Part shown: positions 48,669-61,009 of the stretch, piece after piece
How the letters are laid out: every line of letters starts with the position of its first letter
Position numbering within the stretch: position 1 is the stretch's first letter
Assembly (NCBI RefSeq): GCF_009914755.1
Contig: NC_060931.1
Length of the DNA stretch: 64,000 nucleotides
Direction: 5' to 3' (one strand)
Source of the DNA: the human T2T-CHM13v2.0 reference genome, Homo sapiens
Program-made: the position numbers and the translations under genes
Notes under the pieces: generated by a model
What the model was told of the DNA's origin: nothing
Databases searched by the model: none
The model's input: only the letters and a program-made list of their open reading frames with translations

Positions 48669-50321
48669 AGAGCAGCTCTCTAGAGCACTTGTTAGAAATG
48701 CAAACCCTTGGGCCCCAGCTCAGACCTACTGAGTCAGAAACTCCAGTAGGGCCCAGCAATCTGTGGCAAACAAGTTCTCCAGCTAGTCCTGGCTCACACT
48801 GACATTAAGCTCTCCACCAAGAAGGTAAGCTCTAAAGCACTGAAAATAAGATCCAGAGCATAACGGGATCTCAATAAGTTTTGTTAAATGATTTAATCTT
48901 GATGGTTCCTGTTAAGCTCAAAATTATTCTGTCCATCAGTCAGTCAGTGAGAGAGAAAGTAAACAACAAACTTCGTCCCCAACCTTGGAAGAACAGCTCG
49001 CTGGTAACTTCAAAAGTTGCCACTAACAGCCGGGGAGAATTGCAAGTCATTATCAGAACACCTTTAAAAATTCTCATAGAAATGTATGAATACAATGGCT
49101 GTGCCAGAAGCAAGAGATAGTCAGACATGAAGAAAGTATAAAGAAAAATAAAAACATGCTAAGTTATAAAACTGGTCTGGGTGCGAAGCCAGGCTGGCTG
49201 ATGCTTTGCAATGGAGTAGCTCTGAAGCTGCCTCTTCCAGTGCCTGTGCCCTACTGGACAAAGATAGCCACAGCCTCAGTCCCTCTTTTGGTACAGATAC
49301 CAAAAGGTCTTGATCAACTGGGACTTCACCGATACAGCCCTCAAGAGCCTGCAGTCCTTGCATATCTCAACTTTACCCCTTCAAGCATTCTGAAATTCAC
49401 CTCAAGTTTCCATTCCTTGTGACATGTGCCATTATCAAGATTCATTAGTTCGTGACCGTGCTTGAAGAGCACACCACAAAATATGCCATGCACACGACAA
49501 AGCATGTCCTCTTTAAGAATGAGTGAGAAGTGTATGGAACAGAATCAAAACTGTCAGAGTGGCCTTGCTTTGAGCACTCCCTAAGTGAAATAATGTTCTC
49601 CAAACAGCAGTCTCCTGGAAACTGATAACCATGTTTAACATACTTAGTGGCATTAAAACTATCATCCATGTACTTATTTTTTGCCTTTTTAAAAACTGAC
49701 ATATAATATTTTACATATTTATGGGGTACATGTGATATTTTGTTACGTGGATCAAATCAGTTTTGGGGGTGTCCATCCCTTGAGTATTTATCATCTCTGT
49801 GTTGGGAACATTTCAAGTCATAGCTACTTTGAAATATCATGCATTTATTAAAAGTAATTCATGCACATTGTAAAACAAGATTAAACAAGGCAGAAATGGA
49901 TAAAGTAAAAAAGTTCTCTTCTCTGACTCAGTCCCAATCCCTAGACTATTCTAGATTTTTAAAATGTAGATATTAATAGAAATACAAATAGATATTTTTT
50001 TTTAAATGAGATCATATGTGCATTCAATTTTGTAACCTGCCTGTCTCACTTGCTCGTATGTCGTGGACAACTTTCAGTGTTGTTTATGTAGATTTACCTC
50101 TTTCCATTTGATGTTTGCACAGTGTTCTACTGCATGGATAGTTTATTTAACCACACATTCATCTAACAGTAGTACCCAAAACATAGAAAGCTCTCAATAA
50201 ATACTGGCTCTTATGTATAATCATAGAAATGTTTTTATATTTCCTTATTTATACTTCCTCACTCCTAAAATGTATTATACTTTTTTTAATGTACAAATTC
50301 CCAGACATGTATATTTTATAA

Positions 50322-50819
<498 letters not shown>

Positions 50820-51747
50820 TGAGGGAACTATTTTAACATGCCTTTGTCTGTACCCGCTTTTTAATATATAGTAGTCTTACCATCAGTTTACCTAAATAAA
50901 TCTTAATTTCAGTTCTGAGTTCCTTTAGACCCAAGAATTATTTAGAATAATGTTTTTACACTTCCAAGTGTTATGAGTAGTTTTATTGTCATTGCTAATT
51001 TAAGTCTCATTGCAGTGTGTTGAGGCAACATGCCTCATATGTTTTCTATTTTTAAGAAATCACTGAGTTTTTCTTTGTCATAGAAAGGACAAGTTTCCTA
51101 TCACATGTGTTTTCATAGTGCTGATGAGATGTAATGCAGGCTATTAATTGGAGTACGTGATGCAGTACATGCGCTGTTGTTTATAATGGGTTGCCATCTG
51201 GAAGAGGGCCTGTGCCTCTGGGAAACAGACCATTGCTTGCTTCGTGCTGGAATACACACCTACGGTTGCGTGGTATAGCCTGCTCAGCTAGAATCACAAT
51301 CTCATGATTACTGTTCATGTTTGTAAACTATGACACAGGCAAATTGCAGGATCAGCATCAAAGATGTTAGCTGTGACTAAGAGATTCCTGCTGTGCAAGT
51401 TGAAAAACAAATGAGAACATATTATGTTCTTTTTCATTAGTTTTGATAAATCAATTTATTTTTTTCAACGTATTCTTTTTAACTAGCAATAATATTCTCA
51501 ACTGATGACCCTGCCTTATACTCTCGAACTGTGCTGCCCAATACGGTAGCCACTAGATACACATGGCTATTTACATTTAAATTAATTTAAATTAAATAAA
51601 ATCCAAACTTCAGTCCCTCAGTTGCACCAACCACTGACCATGTTCAATAGCCACATGTGGCTGTTGTACTGGACAATGCAGATATAAAGCATTTCTATTA
51701 TTACAAAATTTTTTATTAGATATTCCAGCTCTAGGGGTGAAAATAGT

Positions 51748-52186
51748 GTGATTGTTTTTTGATGTGTCAACTTGACTAGGTTACAGTCCCCAGTTATTCA
51801 ATCAAACACTAATCTAGGTGTTGCTGTGAAGGCGTGATTTAGTAGGTGTGATTAAAATGCATAATCAGTTGACCTGTAGTAAGGAAGATTATCCTAGATT
51901 ATTCAGGTGGGCCAGGTCCCATCAGCTGGATGGAAGGCTTCAATAACAGAACAGAGGTGTTTCTGATGAAGAAGAAATTCTGCCTGTGGACATTTCATTT
52001 TATGCCTGAGAGTTCCAGCCCTCTTCCTCACAGCCTGCTCTTCCTCACAGCCTGCCCTGTGAATTTTGGAGGTTTCCCACAATCACACAAGCCAATTCCT
52101 TGCAATAAATCTCTCTCTATATATAGAATACAGATATTCAGTAGCAGATATATATTCAATTGCTTCTCCAGTTAAATTCTAATACA
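51748..52186 (+). mobile_element. MLT2 (ERVL) LTR
   Basis: tgtgtcaacttgactaggttacagtccccagttattcaatcaaacactaatctagg. Confidence 0.85.
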
Positions 52187-52879
52187 GAAACTCTCTCATC
52201 TATACAACCCCCAAACTACAAACAAACAGACCTGCCCCAAATTCATCTTCATCTGCTCTCCTGTCCACAGGACTCTGGATCCCATTTACTCTCACCTTCC
52301 CAAAGGTGTTGCTCCATTAGTTATCCTTTACCTCTTTTGTGTTTCCATCTTTTTCTTTTCTACTGGGTCTTTTCTATCATGTTCTAGTATGAGTCAAACA
52401 CTTGAATGCACGCAGGTGGTTTATCTAGAAGTGATCCCAAGGTAGGAAAAAGAGGGGCAAAGTAAAGAATGAAGTGAAGCCAATACACAGATGCCTTTTT
52501 TTAAATCACCTTTACAGGCACCAATCCCATGGGACCTTCTGAGCAAACTTATGCAATGGGTCTTAAAAACTGTCCACCAAAGAGAGAAAAGAGGACAGCA
52601 TTTATCTATCAGCTTTTATTGCCCTGTAGTCAAGGGTCATCCCTTGGTTGTCAACTCCCCTGGTTTCTGGGTTGCACAAGCATGAGTGCTGAAAAGGTTC
52701 CCTCACATGTTCCCAGCCACAAAACAAAGAAGCCCTAGAGTAGTATGTGAGAGGAAAGGGCTCAAAGCAAGGCATGGCCAAGTTAAGCCTGTAGGAGCTC
52801 AGAACTTAGCAAGGCAGTGGCTAGGCTAAGAGCAGAGCCAACAGGATTTAAAGTAACATACAAGAGGTGTCCAATACAG

Positions 52880-54620
52880 TCCCCTCCATATGCTAACTTG
52901 TTTCCTTATATTCCTTCACAGTCATACTTGCTGAAAGACTTGTGTACATATGCTACCTCCACTTTTCATCTCCCATTCACAACTAATCCAACTGTAAGCT
53001 GACTTCTCCCACATCTACTACATCTACTATCTCCCAAACTTCTTCTCAAGGTCACTAATGATCTCCATCTTGCCAATTCCATTGAACCTTCTCCAGTCTT
53101 AGTTTACTCAATATCTCAGCACCATTCAACACAGCAATCACTTTCTTCACAAAATACTCTTTTCTCTTGACTTTCATGGCACCACACTTCTAGGTTTTCT
53201 CCTGGACTCTCCTTCGTGCTGTCCTTTCCTGGCTCTTCCTTTTCTTTTCTTTTCTTTTCTTTCTTTTTTTTTAGAGATGGGGTCTCACTTTGCAAGGCTG
53301 CTCACTGCAGCCTTGACCTCTGGGGCTCAAGCAATCCTCTAGCCTCAGCCTCCCAAGTGGCTGGGACTACAGGAATGCACCACTGTGGTTGGCTAATTTT
53401 TTATTGTTTTGTAGAGATGGGGTCTTGCCATCTTGCCTAAGCTGGCCTCAAACTCCTTGGCTCAAGTAATCCTCCCACCTCAGTCTCCTAAATGTTGGGA
53501 TCACAGGCATGAGCCATGGTGTCTTGCCCTGGCTTTTCCTTTTCTAACACTGGATCCCCTCAGGGCTCCACCCTGGGGCCCCTTCTCTTCCCACTATATA
53601 CTCTCCTTCTTAGCTAACTCATGTATTCTAATGACTTTAAATATGTTTTCCATTCTTTATATACATCACTCCCACATTTATTTATATAACCTTGATTGCT
53701 CTTTCAGCTCTAGACCCAACTGCACACAACTATACAGGAATCTTAACATGTCCAAAATGGAACTCTATATCCTTTCTTGAAAACGTGGTCTTCCTCTAGC
53801 CTGTCCCATTCAGTAAATGATACCAACATTTACCTAATTGTTCAAGCCAGAAATCTAGGAGTTAGCCTTGATTCCACCACTCTCACCATCATAGCCAATA
53901 TAACACAAAGTTCTGTTTATTCTACCACTGGAATATCTCTCAAATCCATCCAACTTCTCTCCATCTCCACTACCATCCACCTTGTCCAAGTCGCTTCTCT
54001 CCTGAACTCCTGGGAAACCTCCTAATGGTTTTTCCTGCATCCATTTTTGTTCCTATTCCAATCCTTTCTCCTTATGGCAAAGACATAATCTTATATTGTC
54101 AAATCATTTTATTCCCCAGCTCAAAACACTTCAACAGATACCAATTGTTTTTTGGTTAACATCTTAGATTAGTAACAAGACTTAGAGGGCGTCTCTGCAT
54201 GTTTCTCCAGCACAATCTTGCATCCCAGCCCCGTTCCCTCATATGCGCACCTATATCAGCTTCCTTTCAGTTTCTCATGGACACTGGGCCCTTTTCCTTT
54301 GAAGTTTGTTGTGCTATTCCTGCTGAGTGACACATTCTTCTCCTGCTTATTCTGGGGAAATCCCATTCTTTAGGTCTCAGCTAACTGTCACTTCCTTAAA
54401 GAGGCCTACCATTGTCCACCTCTCTGTAATTTAGCAATTTGTAATTTTCCTTCAAGGAATTCATCATCATGCATAACTATGTATTTATTTATATAATTAT
54501 CTGTTATTGCCTGTCCTGCTGCTCCATGAGAGGAGTAAAAACACCTATGCCATTCTTTACAGAATCCTTGGAGCTCAGCATAGTGCCTGGCAATCAAAAA
54601 ATACTAACTAAATGATTGAA
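52880..54620 (+). mobile_element. L2 (interrupted by AluJ 53235-53532, minus)
   Basis: ctcaaggtcactaatgatctcc..gctccatgagagg..cagcatagtgcctggca. Confidence 0.85.
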
Positions 54621-55249
54621 GAGAAGAAGGGAGGAAAGGAGGAAGGAATAAATTATTAAAATCTTATAAAGAAATTAAATTGTATTGTGAGTCTGAAATA
54701 CTCAAACCTGAACTCCATCTTCCTCATTGAAATAATTGTGTAATGAACACAGGTCTGTGTTAATAAGACCCATCCTTGTTGCTATGTGGACATCTAACCT
54801 ATTCCTTCTAGCTTCTGTGTCCACCACAAAGTCTTCCCACTTGATACTGAACACTCAGATTGCCTCAAACTCTCCCATCATCATAAGCAATAGCCAATGT
54901 TTAAAATGCTACTTTGGAAATGTCTGAAGATGTTTTTAATAAAATTCTGTTAGTGTGAGTCATAAACTACCAGAGTTTTGAAGGATATTTTTCATAATGA
55001 CTTAAGTACCTAAATTTGGTATTTCCTGCAGTCCCCAAAATAATATTTACAGGTCTTTAGAAAAAAACTGCAAGCACAAAAATGTGCAGTCTCCAATTTG
55101 GTGGATGACAAGGGAAATCTATTATTGTAGGCTGAGTTAGGAACTTGACCAGCTGAAGAAAAGGCATAACCAAGATGGCTGCTTCCCAATGGCTAACCTA
55201 CTCTTGAAGAGAAATAAAGGAGAAAGCCTTGGCAGTCACAACAAACATT

Positions 55250-56140
55250 TACCCAGTAGCTCAAACCAGAAACCTAGGAATTATCCTGGACTTACGCTTG
55301 ACATCATTGTTTCACCATCTGGGACAGATCTTAGTCACTTAACATTTCTGTCTTGATGTTATTGCTATTTTATTCACATAATCTCGAACTATAATGGTTG
55401 GCAGGTTCAAAAATGAAAACAGCCGTAAAATTATCAGAAAATTTTGACTTTCTGCTAATTCTATGAATACACAGACATTTCACAATAGTTGTTTCCAGAT
55501 TTCACTCAATGTATCTCCCACTCTGCCTATATCCTCTCTCAATCCCTTTCAATTTATTCTCTACACAACAGCCAGAATGATCATTTCAGAGCTTGCATTT
55601 GATCCCCTTATGCTGCAGCTTAAAAGCCTCTCTGTGGCTTCTCAGCCAAAACTGTAACCTGCTCTCAAAGGCTGGCCCTTTCTGCTGTGTCCTCTGCCTC
55701 CCACCCTGCTCCTCTCAACTCTACTTTCTAATTGCACACCGGATTCCCAGTTCCTCAAATGTACAGGGCTCCTGTGGGCTCCAGAGCCCACGCACACCCT
55801 GCTCTCTCTGCCTGAAAGGCTCCTCTCGATTTCTCCTCCCTGACACCCCCACTCCCAGCCTTCTCATCTCAGACCAAGCATCAGTTCCTCAGGGAAGACT
55901 CCCCGGACTTCCCATTAAATGTGCTCATAGACCCTCATACCTCTCCCTGGAGCACTTAAACAAGTTGTAAGTTACACACAGTTCCATGAGACTCTTAGTT
56001 TCTGATCATCCCTGCTAGACCAGAAGATCCAAGATCAGGGACTTGCCTAATGTTGCTCTTCATTGTTCCCATGTCCCCGAGTAGAAACCAGCGCAAAGTC
56101 AGGACTCAGAAAATGTTTTAAATGGATAAATAAATAAATA
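55250..56140 (+). mobile_element. L2
   Basis: ccagaaacctagga..ctagaccagaag..aatgtttta aatggataaa. Confidence 0.7.
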
Positions 56141-56499
56141 GCAATTCATATTATTAAGTATACTGTTCTATTTACTGTGATTCAAGATGAATTACAGTTG
56201 AAAAGTCTTTGTAAATTATTTGTAATTATCCCCTGAGCTTTCTTTTTTCTGACTGGTTCAGTTCTCTCTTTTCTCACACACAGATTTGGGCTTGTGTGAC
56301 TGTTTACTTGTACAGTATGGGATTAGGATGGTGAGGGACTGGTGATAACAGCCAGGCTGGAGCACCAGGCAAGACTATCATCTTAGTAACAGTGAATCCC
56401 ACTGAACAGCAGTGGATATTAGAAGGAAGATGAAAATTGCAGTCATTACTATGGTTCATCTAAGTAGACCTATGGTATGACCAGGAGTGGACTGACATT

Positions 56500-56872
56500 T
56501 CGGTGCACAACCATCTGGATTGCTGCCTAGTTTATGAATGCTGGGAACAGCCCACTAGACATGGGCAGACCAAAAGTAGTCTTGTCTCATAACACAATCC
56601 TGCACCTTTATTCATATCGGTGATCCAGGAATAGATTTGAGTTGGTCAGATTCTCTCTCCCAGGAATTTGAAACCAGGAATGAAAAAAAGGAGATTAGGA
56701 GATTAGGAATTCCCAGCGTTAAGTTCAGGTAATAGCAGTGGACTCCAGAGACACTTCTCATGATTGTTCAACTTTTGGTTCTGTGAGGTGTCTCTGTAGC
56801 CTTCAAATAAATTTCCCCTTCTTTTTTGTAACCAGTCAGAGTCGGTTTCTGTTATTAGCAACTCAAAGAGCT
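56500..56872 (+). mobile_element. Old MaLR LTR (MLT1-like)
   Basis: aataaatttcccctt..gtcggtttctgttattagcaactcaaagag. Confidence 0.6.
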
Positions 56873-56929
56873 CCACAATTGCAAATATAGAGATGGTACC
56901 TCTGTGCATGTGTGAAGACTGAAAAGTGG

Positions 56930-57030
56930 GGGAGGAGAGAAACAGAGAGAGAAAGAGAAAGAGAGAGAGAAACAGAGAGAGAGAGAGGAGGAGGAGGAGG
57001 AGGAAGATTTGGAGAGAAAGAGAGAGGAGA
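56930..57030. repeat. GA-rich / (GGA)n low complexity
   Basis: Directly visible. Confidence 0.9.
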
Positions 57031-57869
57031 TCAGATGATTAGAATAAGAGAAAGATACTGGGATTTGGGGATACCTAGCAAGGGTATGGACTGAAAAATG
57101 AAGTTCTGCTGGAGCTAAAGTTACATAAAGGCCCAAACTAGGGAATAAATCAGGCTCAAGAAAAAGAAAATAGATAAAAGAAATCATTTAGTAGAAAAAA
57201 ATCACTTTAAAAATGAAGGGAAAAATTAGACTGCAGTTATTCTGACAGAGCTATCAACCACACTGGAGGAATTAAGGACTGGAATGTACTTCCTGAGGGG
57301 TTGGTATTTATTTTTTTCTGATTTTTAATGTTTTTTCCACTTTCCACATAATCTAGTTTATGATGAGACTTGGTGAAAAATCTGCAAAACAACAACAGCA
57401 ACAAAACACACAGGTGAGGATCACTGTTGTGACCACAGATTACAATAAATTTTTTTGGTGACTAAGATGACAGAGTCTGTAAATCCTGAGATTTCACGAG
57501 GCACAGATGGCACAGAAGTACTCATTTGTTCATTTGCAGACAGAGATGATGTCTGTTCTAGTGATTTCCTCACTGGAAAAAATCTACTGGATTTACAGTA
57601 ACAGATGGCTTTGCTCAAGTTTGTAAAATAGATTTATTAGGCCACTTTGGACCTTCCAAGCCAGATTAAATATTCATAGCAGCTTTATGCGAAGAAAATA
57701 TTTTTATTTTATTACTCATCATATATTTTAGAATTTCATAGGTCATACAATAAGAAAATCCTACTTGCTTACTTAGGCAGAATAGATCAGCAACAACTTA
57801 CAAGGCTGACTGATATACAGGAGAAATGAGCAAAGCAAGCTTTAGTACTGCACTATTTACAGAACGATG

Positions 57870-58280
57870 GAAGGTGTCTTATTCTCTGCAAGGTCCTGCT
57901 CACCTGCCCATTCCCCTCTTGAACTTGGTCTCATCTCACACTGTGTTCCTGCCACAATGGGGCCCTTCCATCTCCTCAAGCTGAATTGTGGTCCTCCGGT
58001 AATTTGTCACCTGTCCTCAGCCTGGAATGTTATGTTCCAGACACCCATCCCTATCTTCCCCAGCTTCCTTTATTACATGTCTTCATGGGATGGGTGGAGG
58101 GTTTCATTTCCTTCATTGGTGGGAGTTATTTGATTGACACTGTCTCACCGCTGGACTAAAGGCTCTGTGAGGGCAAGAACTGTGTACTTTTCTCTTAAAT
58201 CAAGTGTCCCCAGGATCTAGCAAAATGTCTAGTACACAGTAGGTATTCAATAAATCCTTGTTAGTAAATGGATAAAACTA
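57870..58280 (+). mobile_element. L2 3' end
   Basis: gctctgtgagggcaagaac..cagtaggtattcaataaat. Confidence 0.75.
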
Positions 58281-61009
58281 AGTTATTGTTCAATCTTAAT
58301 ATGCCACTTCTAAAAAGACCAGATGGGTACTTCTTTATTCTGGCCTAGGAACACTGAGGGGTAGGGTGGGCAGAGGGGAGTGGAGGCTTTAGCATTGTTG
58401 CCAGCTCTTCCACTTTCTTCCTGCTTCTTCTATTCAGGATCCAAATCCTGTCACCAAGTGTTGAGTAATGCTTCTCACATCTGTCCTCACCTTCCCTTCT
58501 AGGGTCACTGTCCCAGGTAACACCACCACATGGATGACTGCAACACTTGTTCACCTGTTTTCTTGGCTTCCCTTGTAATCTCACCTGCACATGGAGTTAT
58601 CCTCTCAAATTCAGCCTGAATTTCAGTTGGAAATGGTACCCCTGAGTCCCTCCTGCAACTTTTCCAATTGCTGACCAAAACAGTGGTTCCCTACCTTATA
58701 TGCCTTGGAATCACCTGTGGAGCTTTGTAGATTTACACTATCTATAAACCAGGCACAGACAGATTGAGAATAGCCTACCCAGTTTTCACCATAACTTATT
58801 TTATTTATTTGAATGAGGATAGGAAGGGACTTCAAGTCTGCCCCTTTGATAGACCACTGATTCAGAGAGTCAGTCTTGCATCCTCAAAGCGGCAAATCAG
58901 CTACTCCCTAGCCCACGGATGCCACTCTCTGAAGTGCTATTGTTCCTCAGCCCATGTCACCAGCTGGCAAACGTGGAAAACCCCAGAAAACAACTGGACA
59001 GGAAGTAAGGTGGGAGATGTGTCCTGGCTTTAGTGAGTTGCTTCCTGAGAAGAAAGGTCCCCACAAGAAAAGCATTGTGGGTGGATGATGGGGAAGAACA
59101 TGTGGTAAGAGCAAATGCTGGAGAAAGGCTTTCATACGTATGAACCCAATGAACTTGATGAACCCAATGAACCCAGTTGGAGAATCACAGGGACAGGCAA
59201 GTAGAGGTAGAAAATGACTCCTCATGACAGGAAACAACATGAAGAAAAAGCCTTCAAGATTTTTGGAATTTGGGTGGGAGATGGGAATGTTTATAACTGT
59301 ACTACAGAAAGAGATCTGAGAAAACTAATCACCTATCTCCACATCGCCTGAGATTAGAGCCAGTGAGATTAGCTTTGCCTTATTTGAGATGAGTAAAAAG
59401 AAGAAAACACATACAAACCCAAACCATAATAGCAGCAATAAAAACAGGAGTCTAACAAAAAACAAACAAACACCATGAAAAAAGGAGAGCATCATTCCGG
59501 AGATAAGGAAGAAAAGCAAAGCCCCCAAAACTATCTCCTGCAAAATACAGATGACAATCTCAGAAAACTGTTTTATAAAATGTTAAATGACCACCTCCAT
59601 AGAGAAAGCAGGGAAAAGCTAAAAGAAGAGAATCAGGTGGCATGAAAAAACTAAGATAAGAGGAAAGAGGAGACAGGAAAGAAAGAATTACAAAGAATCT
59701 AAAAATGTAAAAGCAAAATTTTAATCCACATTGATGTCAATGAAAACCAGTATTGACACTGTAGGAAACTGACAGTATGGCTGGCAAACTTGGGAAATTT
59801 TCACACAAAACAGAAAGAGTATATTGATCCCCAAGGCCCTCACCCAGAAACTCTGATTTAATTGACCTACAGTAGGGCCTTAGAGCATTTTTTGTTGATG
59901 TCGTTTGTTTTTAATTTTTATATCCATGCCACATCTCAGACAACTTAAAATAGAATTGCTAGGGATGGAACTGAGGCATCAGTACCTTTTAAACCTCCCC
60001 AGGAGATTCCAATGTGCAGTCAAGGCTCTAGAGTTTTGGGGGCAAACTTCTGTAATCTAAGGATTTCTAGGTTATTTTTCATTTATGAAGACAACAGGCA
60101 TTCAAGTACTTACGAACTACTAATATATCTTCTAGAAGAAATGACTTGCAGATACTCAACTGACTAAAACATGAGATAAAACAAAGAAACAAAAACTAGT
60201 AAAGTTATGGTATAAAAGGTGTGGTTCTGGTTCAAAATGCATATATTAATATTGAAAAACTATACATATATACATATACACACATACATATATAATGAAA
60301 AAACATAATTTAATAAAACTAATAAATCTCCATATTATATTAGCAATGATTGAAAATAGAAAGTAGAGCAAAATATATATACACACACATACATATTTAA
60401 TATATACATTTATATGTATATACACACATGTGCATGTGTGTGTGTATATAGGAGAAAAAAGACAAAATAAGCAAAATAAACTTAAGGTACTCATAAAGCT
60501 TCATATTCAAAGTACCATATCTCTGAATCAATTTTATACTCAGTTGCCTGGTCACACCTGTAAGAATAACAGTACAACAAGTATTCTGAAACACAGAGTA
60601 AAAATTTATTCAGTTTTCAGAATCAAATTTAATTTAATTTAAACACCACCCATAAAAAGATGGAAGGACACCTTTCTTATCTTTCAATCATATTTGAATT
60701 TATATCTAGGAAAATGGAGAGACTCAGTCATTTTATCAGTTTTGATTGCTGCTAACTATAATTGTTACTGCAAGGGTACATGGTTCATTCAAAACCTCCC
60801 ATTCATTTTGACAGCTTTCCTCCCTGCATCAAGTCTAGCAATATCTCCTGAAGCCATATGACTTATTTTCTCAGAGCCTCTGCAATTAAGGGCCCAAGTC
60901 TGGACCACCAATGTAACTTCACTCCTCCAGGAATCCAAGTACTGAAAGCAGGCCATAGCCCTTTTCAATCTTTGAAGTCGTACCCATATTAGTGGGCTTT
61001 TACTCTTAA

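Larger units (their letters stand above)
54680..59290 (+). pseudogene. Cadherin repeat remnants between L2/LTR/MER5 elements
   Basis: NSPII..YFGNV-EDV..SFEG; VDDKGNLLL; ELD; GSVLSF-TDLGL..VQYGI; TARLEHQARLSS; TQVRITVV; VTDG; QISYSLAHG; KQLDRK*GGRCVLAL. Confidence 0.7.
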